Shown here: positions 10,259 to 23,488 of the stretch, piece by piece
Layout: every line of letters starts with the position of its first letter
How positions within the stretch are numbered: the first letter of the stretch is position 1
Source of the DNA: Syncephalis fuscata S228
Lineage: Eukaryota; Fungi; Zoopagomycota
Assembly: GCA_025786725.1 (NCBI GenBank)
Contig: JAHLTZ010000032.1
Span: forward strand, 186,001 to 250,000
Length of the DNA: 64,000 nucleotides
Direction: 5' to 3'
Program-made: the position numbers and the translations under genes
Notes under the pieces: generated by a model
The model's database searches: none
What the model was told of the DNA's origin: nothing
The model's input: the letters and a program-made list of their open reading frames with translations, nothing else

Positions 10259-13200
10259 TTAAAAGGATCGACCTTTACGTAGTGTACGATGACCATCAAC
10301 ACCTTCATCATCGTCATTTGTATCTGATGGATCCATCATTGTATATCGACCGGTTTGTGGATGTAAGAATTGCGATACTGCTGGTGTTGCCACTAATACA
10401 GTCGGTGCTGTAGGACTCGTTGGTTGTCCATGATGATGATGATGATTAATACGGGAACGAGAGGTAATACCGCGAGATTGACCCATGGACGTCAGTGTTA
10501 GTGTAGAGGGTGTAGTACCTTGACGTACAACAGGTGTATGTATAGTCAATGATGTATTGGCTGATGTATTTAGATCATATCCCATATTGATAGCCGGTGG
10601 TGTATGGCCCGGTCTATCTCCAGGTATATATCTTGATATATTCTCTTCACTGCTACTATGATCTTCGTTGTTGCTAATAAATGGACGATAAGCAAATCTA
10701 TCTTCATGACTAGGTGAATAATAGCGGTCATGATACTGCTCACTTGATAAATCCTCTTCATCTTCTTCGTTTAAATGATAAGATGGTTGATTGTGCATCA
10801 ATTCACGTTGAGCCATCGAATGCGTAGTAGCAGCCGATGAAGGTCCCGTTTCAGTCAAATGGATATCAATTGAATAGTTTTCCATTTCCATATCCGTTGA
10901 TAATGCATACTGTGCACCTGTAATACTACCCGATAGACTGTTGGATAGACTGTCATTTAAATGATCGGTATGTACGTCAATTGGATGATCTTCATCATCT
11001 CATCTTCATCTTCATGAATATCTTCAGGTCCATTAAGTGATTCGGCATAATAGACACTGCCTGTACCATGTTGTCCATTAGTAGATTGTTGACTCAATGA
11101 ACTTTGACGTGACAATGATCCATGAGATCTACCCATGGGCGGTACACTTAGTGTATGGGATGATACTGCTGGCGGTGGTTGTAATGCTATAGACGAGATA
11201 TTATGTTGATTTAATGATACAGAAAATGTCGGTGTTCTACTTGGATCAGAGTCTGTAATAGAAGATAGATCAGGTGAATGTGATATGACTGTATTCTTTC
11301 TCCATCGATCATCTAATGATGGATCTTGTGACAAAGATACAGAAGGCAAATTAGAATGACTATTAGACATATCTAACGATTGAGCATAATAACTACTTGT
11401 ATCATCTGTAAATGAGGCTCGTTGTTGTGATGATACAATAGCTGGTGGTGGTGGTGGCTGTTGTTGTTGTTGTTGCTGCTGTATCACTTCATTATGACGT
11501 GTATCTCTGTTATCTGTATTCATAGTATTTCCATGATCAGTATTTGCTTCTAATGCTTTATCTGATTTCTGTCTTCTATGACGCCTATTATCTGGATCTG
11601 GACTCGTCGTTCTTTCCCATTGATTGGTCATTCTTCTAACGATACCCGGTGGAGTGCGTGGTTCTTCATAGGCCATTCTTTGTGTGGCAGGTGATCTACT
11701 ATGACTGCCACTTGGTTCATCTTCATCCAATAATGGTTCACGACGCCAATCTGATTGTAATCGACGTGGTGGTGGATATACCGATGAACCAGTATATTCA
11801 TCTCGATATTGACGATGATTGGAGGTATATGGATCGATTGGAGGGGCTAATGGAGGTGAGAGTGGTGCCGGTGGTTCAGGTAGATTCATATAGGTGAGTG
11901 ACCGTGAATGTCGACGCTGTGCCGCTTCATATCTACTCAACTCTTCATTATAACGTTCAAGTCGACGCATATATTCATCATACGCTCTACGCGACTCCAT
12001 ATATTGATAATAGTCATAGGCCGCCCTATCTTCGTCATGGTCATTATAGGATGCCATGGGTGGATATCGACGTGATGCCATAGTGGGAGATGAAGGCGAA
12101 GAAGCCGTATAATATCCACGTTTATAATAGCCACGGTCATTAGATGATTGACGATGATGTTGCCTATAATATCTTTGTTGATATTCATCTTCTTCGTGAC
12201 GATGATCGTATGGATGACGTCTATCGTCTGATCTACGATGTGATGGTGGAGAGAATCGATAATCATAATCAGGATAATTCGATGAATCCATATCATAACT
12301 AGGTCGAGATGATCGTTTATCTTCAGATCGTTGTCGTCGATGTTGTTGTTGTTGTTGTTGTTGTGTTGGTGGTGGTGGTGACATTTCTGTATTTCTACTA
12401 ATCCTATTGTTATTATTCTCTGGTAATGAAGGTGATCGTGTATGATAACGATGACGATGTGTCGATGTTGATTCAACTGGATAACTGTCATCATTGACGT
12501 CATCTCGTCTGTACGGATCATTAGATGAATTTGTTCTTAATGGTGGTTGACGAGATGAATTGTTATCTGTTTCAGTTAAATGTTCAGGTAATTGAGGTCG
12601 ACGTGTATTTGATTTGCCTTGATCAATACTTTTACGTGAATGTCCATTACTGCCATATTTATTTCTTGATCGAACACTGCCTGTATTAGAGTCATGATGT
12701 TGATGTTTAATATCTTCTTTTCTTCTTACACTGCCACTTGCTATATTATTAATCGATGGTGGTAGAATGGCTGAAGCAGATGATGAATTACGAGTCATTT
12801 TAACCGTATCTTTATCGTCGACGAATGTATTGGCCCGCATTTCTTGTGGTATATAATCATCCAATAGAATAATGTCTGTTTCATGATCATCCTTAACTAA
12901 GCGTTGTCGTCGTTTCATCGAGGTGGGTGGCGGTTCAATAAGCGAGTTTTCAATAGTGACAGCAGTTGTATCGCCGCTATCTTCAATGATTTTGGTCTTT
13001 TGACGATTAGACGTTGACTGACGGCCACCATGATCAACGCTCATTAATCGATGGAATCGACCACTACGTGAATGTTCAAGCATTTGTATTGTTGAATTGG
13101 GCCGACTGAGTATCATGCTGCCTGGGCGGGCCAATTCCATCGATGCGGCAATATCCATGGTGCCACGGACATCGTCGTACTCGTTACGAGGCATGGGTTT

Positions 13201-14465
13201 ACCGCGTATATTATACCAAAAGTAACGGATACCAAATAGAATTTCTCGTATAGAATCGATAGGATTAAGTGAATCAACTAGGCCACGCCACGCATGAGTG
13301 CGTTTCCTATTCTCGGGACGGTAGGGACGGTAATCAAATGCTTTAAGATGCAATATGGCAAATGCAATCATTTCAAAACATACAACGATCGAGTTAAGAC
13401 CGTTGGCGATATTTGCTTCGGTCCAGTATTCAGTTTCGTGAATAAAACCGAAACTGGCCAGTAAACTGATGGCGACATACTGCCAGAAACAAAAGAAAAT
13501 GATTAATTTGACGCAGAGAAATTTGCTAAATGGTTTGTACTGCTTCAAATCATCACTAACCACCATGTAGAAGGTAATAAGCGCGTACATAGCAACAGTG
13601 ACGGACATAAATCCTACAAGTACCACGTAGAGATGTACGTGGAATGGACTATAAGATTCGGGACAGTAGATGTTGAATAGCTGGGCAATCATCGATACAA
13701 GTGTCGTGATGGGCTTCAATATGGTATACTGTAGAATGCCGTACTTAATGCCCCATAGGAAATGAGTTGAGGCTGGACTATAAGCTATACAGTTGAAAGG
13801 AAAGGGGAACTTCTTAAGCTCCCAATGAGCTTTAACAGCCGCCACTTGATCTTCTGTACTATCGCCGAGATATTGTAATAATAGAATAAAGAAAGATGCA
13901 ATAACAAATGCTTCATAGCAATCACGTAATACTTCATAGTATACAGATTGTCGATAATAAAAATAGGATAACCATGAAACGATAGCATATATAGGTACCA
14001 TTAAACAAATACGGATAATATAACGTTGCTGATTAGGCTATTCAATATCAATGTATATAATATATATGATATATAATATATAGATTAGATTAGACTAGTA
14101 TTAAAAGTGAATAAGCACACTTACTTTGGTATAATACTGAGCGTGTTTATAAATGAGAAAGAAAGAAATAATACTGGCCACTGCCGCAGCTGCACCTGAC
14201 ATGATCCATCCAATACGAGAAGCTAATTAAAATGTATTAATATTGTATATTGCTAATATTTATGTATTTATATTTAATCCATGTAACACTTACCTGATGC
14301 TAAATCGTGTAGACTGCTTACTTTGTTGGGATTAGCATCTTTAAGCTCGAAACAAACAGCATTACTAAAGAAACCGCCTGCTGATTCACTGGCCAAGGCA
14401 ATGCCTACAAATAGAGCCTGAAAGGTAAAGGCAACGGCAATCCATAATGGTCCAGTAGATAACAT
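10259..14465 (-). CDS. TMEM184 / OST-alpha family transporter with very long disordered C-tail; apparent 1-nt deletion near 11000
   Basis: QQRYIIRICLMVPIYAIVSW, RDCYEAFVI, GILQY, KFLCVKLIIFFCFWQ, CFEM; two 5' introns; ORF 10259..10891 continues the tail after the shift in GAAGAT repeats. Confidence 0.9.
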
Positions 14466-16182
14466 TCCACAATAACAACAATACTACGATAGAATCAATT
14501 TAAAAATGGTTGACGGGAATAGTATCCGTTGAATGTTAATTGACTGAATTGTGTTACGGCAATGCTGTTGTTGTTATTGTTGTTTTGGTTATTTCGTTGA
14601 ATTGATTAAATCAAAAAGGCCATAAAATATACAAACAATCGTTAGTTCACTTCAATAAGTGTGAAACAGAAAAAAAAAGACCACTAAGTGAAAGAATAAA
14701 GAAAGAAGAGGAGAGCGAGGAGAGAGGAGAAGGAGTACTTGATAGTTAACGTAGGCTGTTAATAGATTATAAAGTAAAAGGGCATATCCGGTTTATAACT
14801 TCATTCATTAGTACGACGACTTGTTTAAAGTAGTAAATTATGGAATTTTTAATGCTGTTGTCGTATCTATTGTGACGTGGAGTCGTTTATCCACATGATG
14901 GACATGCGATAATCAGGTGATCCAAAAGGCCCATGTCTATACATATACGTACATCCACCACATAATACACAAACACGTATATACATACGTAAGATACATA
15001 TAAATATATATAAGATGATATCATATAAAATGGATAAAATGATTATAAATAAAAGGATAGCCAAGCGGAGAATGCCAAGAATTATCTACTGGCAAATAAT
15101 AACCACACCTATTTATCCAACTATTTACTTACTCTAATCACCAAACATGTAATATTGTATAGATTGTGTACTGGCTATGCCGGCAGCGTTTGTCCAATCA
15201 ATGGTAATACGACGCTAGACACAAATAGGAATAGTAGTAAGATCGCGTAAGCTATAGATCAATACGGTTAATACTAAATCACGAGATGAATAGTGCTATA
15301 GACCATGAACGTGGATGGCAAAGAATAAAATACGAAACCCGGAAAGAAGAACTGCGACAATAACAAGAATAGCCGTAGCAGTAACACGGCAACTGCTACT
15401 GTTACGAGATAAGTAATAGTAGAAACAAAGTTCCAAAGATGAGCACACTGCAAGTATCAAAAAGGGCGAGTAAATAATAGACGGCAATAATAAAAGAATA
15501 TGCCCAGTTGAATGTAGAGACAAAAGCACGCTTCTATCTAAACGGTGTTGTTAACCAACCAGTCAAGACGGTGTATGATAATACTACGAAGAGATAGAGA
15601 TATAATTAAAGAACAGGCTAAAGTAAAGCTTAATAACAGTAATAAATAATAACAAAAGACAAGTGTCGGACTTATTGTTGTAACTAGTATCAATAATGAA
15701 CATTAAAGACCCGATGGTAATAAAAAAGTGGGTATTTTAATCAATGGGGCACGGTATTTATTTTACCGTTGACTATTACACCTTCACTTCTCTGTTTCAC
15801 TCAATAAGAGGCGTGTCCTTAATAGGATGACTGTGTGTTTGTTTGTGTACATCAATTACTATAATAATACGAATAGAAAGGTTGATATCTATAAAATTGT
15901 CTATTTTATCTATAAACGATGAATAGCCAATGAACATCACGTTTTACTTGTTCTAAATTAGATCGCTTTGTTTAATAGTGAACATTAATATATAGCTTGA
16001 ATTATTGACAGTAATTTAGACTGTATATTGAATCTACCTTATCTCTCTTTCTATCTACATAATATAGGTATTAAGTATCTAGCTAGTTATACTATAGTAT
16101 ATCTTGCAAGTATAGTCTATCTATTGAGTGTAGTGTATTGTACATGATCGTATTTGACAAGAAAGAAGTGTAAACGTCTACG

Positions 16183-19100
16183 ATGAATTCGGTAGCCACT
16201 TATGCTGCTATTGCCGTTACGGCTATTATAGCCCATATTGGTGTATTAATTACAGTTAAGAATAGGCGATTTGGTGATGAGACGCGCGATCAAGAGTCTG
16301 AACGATCGGGTAATATTGAATTCAATAGTTGAATAGTCATTGGCATTAATGGGATACTATATATTGATATTGATATTGATATCAATATAGAAGGTCGCGT
16401 TGGATGGGCATCATTGGCCGCACTTGCTCATGCCGACGATTTAAATGTTCAAAAAAAGTGTGTACATGTAAATTGAATATTATTTAACAGACATACTAAT
16501 TTATATTAATAATGTCATTAACAATGACTTAGTGCCATTCGATTATTGGTAGAACATGCTATTTCTGGTAATTGTTAATAATGGCGTAATTATATACACA
16601 ACTAGCCAACACATTTATATAAATATCTATATTTAATAGATAAAGAGAATCTAATAGGTATTGTACGGGCAGCACGACAATCATCCAATGCCACACTAAG
16701 GTTACATGCCTGTACTGTACTTGATATGCTGGCCCGTCAACCGGATAGTCAACAGCCATTATTGGCCGCTGGTGCGCTTGAAGCCATTGTACTAGTATTA
16801 AAAGATAACAAATCTGATTCAGTCATGATGCATGCCACACTTGTATTGTGTGTACTTATTGAACAGGAACCTGAAGCCTGTCGACAAGCAATGCAACTTG
16901 GTGCGGGAGAAGCGCTGATACGTATTCTACGTGACCGCAAACCACTTGATGACCTTTTATGTGGCTATACTGTTAATGCACTACAACATCTAGCCTGTAT
17001 TGAAGAACACCACCAATGGCTTATTGCAGCCGAAGCTATTGAAGCACTGGCCAGTACACTTGAATTTCTATTCGGTAAATCAATTACCGTTTTAAAATTG
17101 TGTATGCAGGCTCTCGATGTACTTATTCGGTCACTCGATGATCAAACAGCAGCATTAGTACTGCCATCACTGATCGAACATCATGTTGCCGATATTATTT
17201 GGTGTAATTTACGTGTAGAGAATGCCGAGATGCTATGTTGGACCGTACACTTTCTTAGTCAATTAGCCTGTCGTAAAGTTGGGCGTGAACAACTACAACG
17301 TATTCCCGATCTTGTCGATTTAGTTGGTATCTGGATTAATCCACGCGAACCATTACTGGCCCGTGATGTACTACGAACACTGTATGTACTATCGCATGAC
17401 GATGAAGCATTACAAAATGATATTGCTCGCCCAGTATTCTTACACGGCTTATCGATTGTATTCATTTAAGTGATGAACGCGACTTGGCATTTTCTGCCTT
17501 AGTAGTACTACAAGTAGTGGGCAGAAAAGGTATGCTCAGTTAATAGATATTAATATGTAAAGTATTGATCAATCGACATCGAGTAGAGGAAACACAAAAT
17601 ATAATAATGGAAAAGAATGCCGTTAAAGACTTTTTAGCCTTAGCCGATAGTGAACTATTACAGAATGAACAGCGTATTGCTCAACATCAAGAAGCGTTGA
17701 ATTCAAACAATTTATCACCAGAAGAGCGCGCCGTTATCATAGAAGAGATTGAAGAGATGCAGACTGAACTTGTTCGATCTGATCCATTTATTACTGATTT
17801 GTTATGTACATTAAGTGGTGGAGGTAAGTTGTTTGCTAAGGTATATACATATCTACATATATATTATAACAAACGATAGCGGTCTATGGGCAATCTACTG
17901 AGAAATGTCGTCAATTGTCTGAGATTGAAGGCATATGGAATCATTTAAGACGATACATTTCATCGAATCAAACTTATCCACGATTTCGGGCCATTTGTAC
18001 ATTACGTCAGTTGAGTAATGTGTCACGTAAGTCTTTAACTAATGTTAATATTAATTAATTATTAATAACATTAATAATGATATGGTAGCATTTATTACAT
18101 GTCAATTATTTCAATCGTGTTGCGGACCAGAATTGATGCGCTTAGCTTATGCATGTGATGATCATAGTACACGTCATAATGCAGTCATTGCTCTATTATT
18201 GCAAGCAAATCAGCGTAAGTATTTAAATACACAGTTGATCATTTATACAATTAATTACTATCGATAGTTGGCTCAAAACCAGTATTTCCTTATTATTACG
18301 AAGAATTAATAACACTTATTACTACTCAGACAATTAAGCCAATGATACGTAAGATTATCTCGTTAATTCATGTTATCTACGCCCAACCTATTATGGGTGA
18401 ACGGGCCCGCCCTGCTCTACCTATGATATTTGGCCTCGATGTTGTGCAAGCTCAAGATACACTGCCCACCATAGAACAATTAAGTAAAATAGCTGAACTG
18501 GATACTGAAGATCAAAATGAAATAGAAAAGAGGAGAAAAAAGAAAGAGCCCACTACTGCAAATGACCACAACAACACTATTAGTAATGACGACGATAATA
18601 ATGAAGTATTCTCCAGACCCATTACACCAGCCAATACACCGGTGAATGAACGGGATCTTGAAGCCACCGAGTATACCGATGATCTATCGGGTAATCCATT
18701 TAAAATGATCAAAATACGCGAATTAGTTACAGATTTTACCAATTCAATTCGTTTACTCATGATGTTTGCTATTCATTCGTCATTTAACGACATTATTACA
18801 ACATTATCCCTTGGATCACCGGAAGAATTACCAATTGATCCTGCCTCTTTGTTAGAATGGATTGATGAAATGGAACTACTTGGGGCAGGCGGACATCGAC
18901 CCTTTCGTGTATTACTAAGTCTATTATTACAAATGTTATGGATTCCATTTGTTCATTCTGGTCAATTATCAGCAGAGGATAGAACGTTTATTCGTACTAA
19001 AGTGTCACATACGATGTTAACGGGTAATTTATCAGGTGTCGATCAATTAGGCGACTATATTAAACGGACACTACAACTATCGGTTGCTTCGCCGTCTTCT

Positions 19101-21158
19101 TCAATATCGACTTTGGCTTCAACCTCTTCTTTACCTTCTTCTCCAATACCTGCAACGTATGAACCAATGACAATTGATGGCGATGAAGGGCCACTCGAAT
19201 GGAAGGATGCTTGTTTTGCTTATTCAGCTCAACTTTTAGTTTGTTTTATGAGATCTGGTAAGTAGTATCGCTATTATGTATGTATCCATTAATGTCTATT
19301 ATCTACTAGATTCGGTATCTAGCTTTATTGATAAAGATCGATTCATTCATCTATTACTGGATATCAGCAAAGTAAGAGCAAGTGTTCAACCAGTCATTTA
19401 CGCGGTATTAGCTCAACTAGTCTGGCAAAGTAAGTCATTAATATGAGTATTAATAGTTGGTCTAATTAATAATAATAGTGAAGAGTATTGAATTGATTAA
19501 ATATCCTGAACTTATTGACATTTCTCGCCGTCTACTTATTAGTAGCAGTAAATTAATTGGTACAACATCATCTAAAGACACAACGAATAAATTAGATGAT
19601 AAACTGAGTCAATCATGGACACATCAATTCTATGCCACATTAATTATGGATCGGGCTATCAATGACACACCACGCAATAGTTATACATCACTTGGACTAT
19701 TTACGCCTAATATATATAGTGTAGAAGGAGCATCTATGGTAATTAGACTACTTTATACTCTACTCTACTAATTATTAATTGATATTAGATATATAATCCA
19801 CACTGGACATTTGAGACTTTTCGTAGTCAATATGGTGTCGCTAATGAAGGTCAATGGGCCTTTGAAGTGATTATTACGGTGAATGGACTGGTACAAGTAG
19901 GATGGTCAACTTATGAGGCAGATTACCAACCAGAATCAGGTGGCGGTGTTGGTGATGACAATGCTTCCTATTCTATCGATGGACATCGATGTATGAAATG
20001 GCATGGCACCATACCGCCTATTAAAGTAAGTTGTTTTATTATTAATATATCTTTATATTAACCACTATTTATATATATATATATATAGAATGAATATGGT
20101 GAACGATGGCATATAGGCGATGTTATTACTTGTGTAGTTGATTTCTCAGCTTGTTCGCTTATTTTCTACTTAAATGGTCGATGTTTAGGACCTGCTTTTA
20201 CCGATATTGATCCCCACAAGATGTTATACCCGGTAATTAATATTATAAATATTTATATTTATTATATTTATATTTATATTTATATTTATATTTATATTTA
20301 TATTTATATATAGTCTATTTCTTGTTCGGCACATCAAGGCTGTAGAATTCGATATGGTCATTCGTGGGATCCATTACAGTAAGTTGTGCGTTTAGTTTAA
20401 ATTGAATAGTATAATAATAATAAATTTTATTATAGATATGCTCCATCGGATTGTCAGCCTATTGCTAGTACTATTACTTCAATTTCATCAACTATATCTT
20501 CTACCAATACTAAACTATTCAAACCATCACTATTATTACGCGATCTTTCACCCATACTATACTATGAAATACGTATAGGTGCTTATACTTTAACAGATAC
20601 CTAGTAAGTCATTTATTTATTTATTATATATACACATATATTCATTGATCTATTTAATTCCAGTCCTATCATTATTGGATGTCGTGATTCAAGTGGTTAC
20701 TATGAAGGTCTTATGTTAACCGAGCCAACCTGTCACTATCAATGTGGTCACTCTCAATCACCTGTCAAACAAGCATCCATCTTGGAACAAACCACAGATT
20801 CTACTGTTACACCTATTGAGCCAGTTACACCAGGAGAAGTGATTGGCTGCATGGTCACCTTGGATCAAGTGATATTTCATTATCAAGGATTCTCATGGCA
20901 GCGTAAGTTATGAAGAAAAAAGAGAGAAGAATGGAGGGAATGAGAGAGAGAAAAGGCGAATGAATCAAGGCGTGGCTGCATGATTCAAATCAAATGATGA
21001 TCAGAATTTAACCTTGTAATTTAGAAGATCACGCATTGACAACAAAGACCGCCACGGCCACAAATCGTGCTGCATTGGCTATTTATCCATTGATAGCAAA
21101 TTTAAGCGACTATCATGTCAATTATGGACAAGAACCATTTGTCTACTACTCATATTAG
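16183..21158 (+). CDS. N-terminal TM + ARM-repeat + SPRY domain protein (RSPRY1/RNF123-type SPRY), many exons
   Basis: Hydrophobic N-terminus; ARM-like helical repeats 16726-17460; SPRY motif HWTFETFR..WAFEV..GLVQVGW..GVGDDNASYSIDGHRCMKWHG..GDVITC; ends YHVNYGQEPFVYYSY*. Confidence 0.72.
20255..20308. repeat. (TTTATA)n microsatellite in an intron
   Basis: Tandem hexamer repeats read directly. Confidence 0.9.
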
Positions 21159-21407
21159 AGTGATAAATGATCTGACCAGTTTAATGTATAAATATGTACG
21201 TAGTGCACTAGTCATTCTCTGTATAACTATGCGTGCGAATAAATACGAGTACGTCTACAATGCATGTAGGGCGAGTCTGTATGCGCGTACGTACGTATAA
21301 TAACATGTGTAGAAACATATGGGTGTGATAGTATTTATTAGTTATTAATATTAATCATTGGATTAGTATGAATACCATTCATTATTAATACAATTATTGT
21401 TATTGTA

Positions 21408-21503
21408 GTTGTTGCTGTTGCTGTTGCTGTTGTCGTTGCTGCTGTCGTTGTTATTACACCGTCGTCGTCGTCGTCGTCGTTGTTGTTGTTGTTGTTGTTG
21501 TTG
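21408..21503. repeat. Compound (TGY)n/(CGT)n/(TGT)n microsatellite upstream of the F-box-like gene
   Basis: Read directly; produces the spurious poly-L/R/C N-terminus of ORF 21409. Confidence 0.9.
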
Positions 21504-21615
21504 TCACTTACATTGCATTTCTATTACTGTTACAGTTCAGTTATCTATTTGTTTACTTCACTATTTCACCTGTTGTTCCATCTTCCACTTAGTTTACCGT
21601 CCTTACAACACCTCC

Positions 21616-23274
21616 ATGCCGTCCGGCTTGGAGTCTTTACTCCGATTGTTACCACCTGCGGACCAGCGTGGTTTACTATTAGAAATCGGTCCAATAGTAT
21701 GTTGTCAGCTACAACAGACTAGTTCTTTGTTATTCCGTTTGATTGCTTTTAATAATGTATTATGGCAGCAGCTCTACGGTAATTCGTTCAATTTTGAGGA
21801 CGAAAAAGAAGTCGAGGCGCTAAGTGTATTTAAAGTGCTGTTGGCGGGCTTGCCTAAGCCAGACGACGATACGGTATTGTTCGTCAACAGGGATGATGAT
21901 GATGATGACGCTAGCAGTAATATTAATAGCCAGAATATTACTAATGGCGTAGCCCATATTTCTCCGCGTCAAATTGCTTGGTGGCAGCGTGCTTTTGCCC
22001 TTCGACATCGGCTGGCTGGTCGATGGCGTAAAGGCGATTATCAATTGCAAGCGCTGCCTTTTCCTACTTTTCTCGGCCATTTACCACGACCCAGTGCAAG
22101 CTACGGTCCATGGATTGTTGTGCATGCCGTGGACCATCGACTGTATTTGGGCGATATGACTACTATTACTCTTTGTAATAGTAACAGTATCAGTGGTGGC
22201 TATAGTAATAGTAGTGTTAGTATTAATAGTGTTAGTAGTAGTAGGAGTAGTAGTATCAATAGTGTACGTAAAGACGGCCAATCTACACGAACGATGGCAT
22301 GGCATGAATTACCGATAAAGAGAACTTGGAATGATAGATCGTTAAAGTTTATATTTTCCGCTTCAATGAATGACCGTTATGTAGCAACAGTGGTTGAGTA
22401 CGAAGGACAGAATGTATTGTATGTATGGTCAACGACTACACGACAGCCTGTCTATGTGCTTGCACTTTGTGGCAAGGAAAGTATTGATCAAATATACGGC
22501 CATTTTATTGTTATGAATCCGCCATCAGGCGAAAATTCTCTTAAAATTGTAGATGTGTTACGTGGCATTTCTGTGCCCATTAACAAATTGGTACAAGGTT
22601 CACACTGGCATTTACAACAGCAAGTGACACGACACCAAATTGGCCTACGTATTTACATTGCCACCGAACAAGAGGGCATTATTGACTGGTCACTTTTGCA
22701 GCTTGATGTTGACACGGATCGACAGGTTCGATGGACAAAAGTACAATCTGGTCGACTTGAGCTGCTGTCGAATCAGCACCGGCTCTATGAGACCAGTCGT
22801 ATTGATGATCATCGCGTGTTGATCTCTATGACTTTTTTTGAACATCGTAGTATTTCACATATTGGTCTTCATGATCTACGTAGTGGCACACAGGCACGCG
22901 TTGAATGGTCGTATGCAATTAGTGGACAGGTGATTGCGCCTATTGTTTCGGAGAATTTGCTACTATGTCACGGCAACATCTATACGCTGGTGTGCCTTGA
23001 CGAAGGATTCGCTACCTGCCGGCTAAATAGTAAACATGCAAGTGGGCTGCAACGCGTACTTGGCCCACTGGCTGGTGAAAGCTTTACCCAACAATCCCAC
23101 TCTATTCTAATTACTGATGTGAATACGGGTAAAATTGTACATCAACTGAACAACCGACTTACAAAATCGACTGGCCGGCGATACTACTGGAGTTTACGGG
23201 CTAGCTACATGCTCGAGATGTTTGCTAGCGAACCAACACTTTATGTGTGGAATTTTATTTCCCAAGAAAAGTGA
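21616..23274 (+). CDS. Intronless F-box-like protein with beta-rich (propeller-like) C-terminus
   Basis: MPSGLESLLRLLP..CCQLQQTSSLLFRLI..NVLWQQLY resembles an F-box; W..AF..R..L..RW..G linker; repeated LYVW/IVDV/ITDV strands. Confidence 0.6.
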   Translation: MPSGLESLLRLLPPADQRGLLLEIGPIVCCQLQQTSSLLFRLIAFNNVLWQQLYGNSFNFEDEKEVEALSVFKVLLAGLPKPDDDTVLFVNRDDDDDDASSNINSQNITNGVAHISPRQIAWWQRAFALRHRLAGRWRKGDYQLQALPFPTFLGHLPRPSASYGPWIVVHAVDHRLYLGDMTTITLCNSNSISGGYSNSSVSINSVSSSRSSSINSVRKDGQSTRTMAWHELPIKRTWNDRSLKFIFSASMNDRYVATVVEYEGQNVLYVWSTTTRQPVYVLALCGKESIDQIYGHFIVMNPPSGENSLKIVDVLRGISVPINKLVQGSHWHLQQQVTRHQIGLRIYIATEQEGIIDWSLLQLDVDTDRQVRWTKVQSGRLELLSNQHRLYETSRIDDHRVLISMTFFEHRSISHIGLHDLRSGTQARVEWSYAISGQVIAPIVSENLLLCHGNIYTLVCLDEGFATCRLNSKHASGLQRVLGPLAGESFTQQSHSILITDVNTGKIVHQLNNRLTKSTGRRYYWSLRASYMLEMFASEPTLYVWNFISQEK

Positions 23275-23488
23275 ATTCAGCCAAATCGGCTTGATCAGGC
23301 CAAGCCTGGTTGGCTGGTTAAAGCATTTGTTTGATTCATATTGATGTACTCATGTTCCGCACTATACATGCAACTTTGCATACACGCCGTTTCCTCTATT
23401 ACTATTACTACTATTTCTACATTCTTGTTTCATCGCATAAACATCTTTTCCTTGCAATATAATAACTTACTCTTTATAAACATCGACG

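Noticed and set aside
11649-12521. Several 60-194 aa overlapping ORFs
   Set aside because: Shadow frames of the low-complexity TMEM184 tail
15160-15365. Intron-like GTAAGC..CTAA..TAG flanked by short open frames
   Set aside because: No start codon context or recognisable protein; may be UTR or non-coding
19501-19508. ATATCCTG as another U12 donor (also GTATCCTG near 7076 and 31499)
   Set aside because: Inside continuous coding frames, with no matching branch site or need for an intron
21409-21615. Poly-Leu/Arg/Cys N-terminus of the 621-aa ORF resembling a signal peptide
   Set aside because: Translation of a microsatellite from a non-ATG start; the first ATG is at 21616
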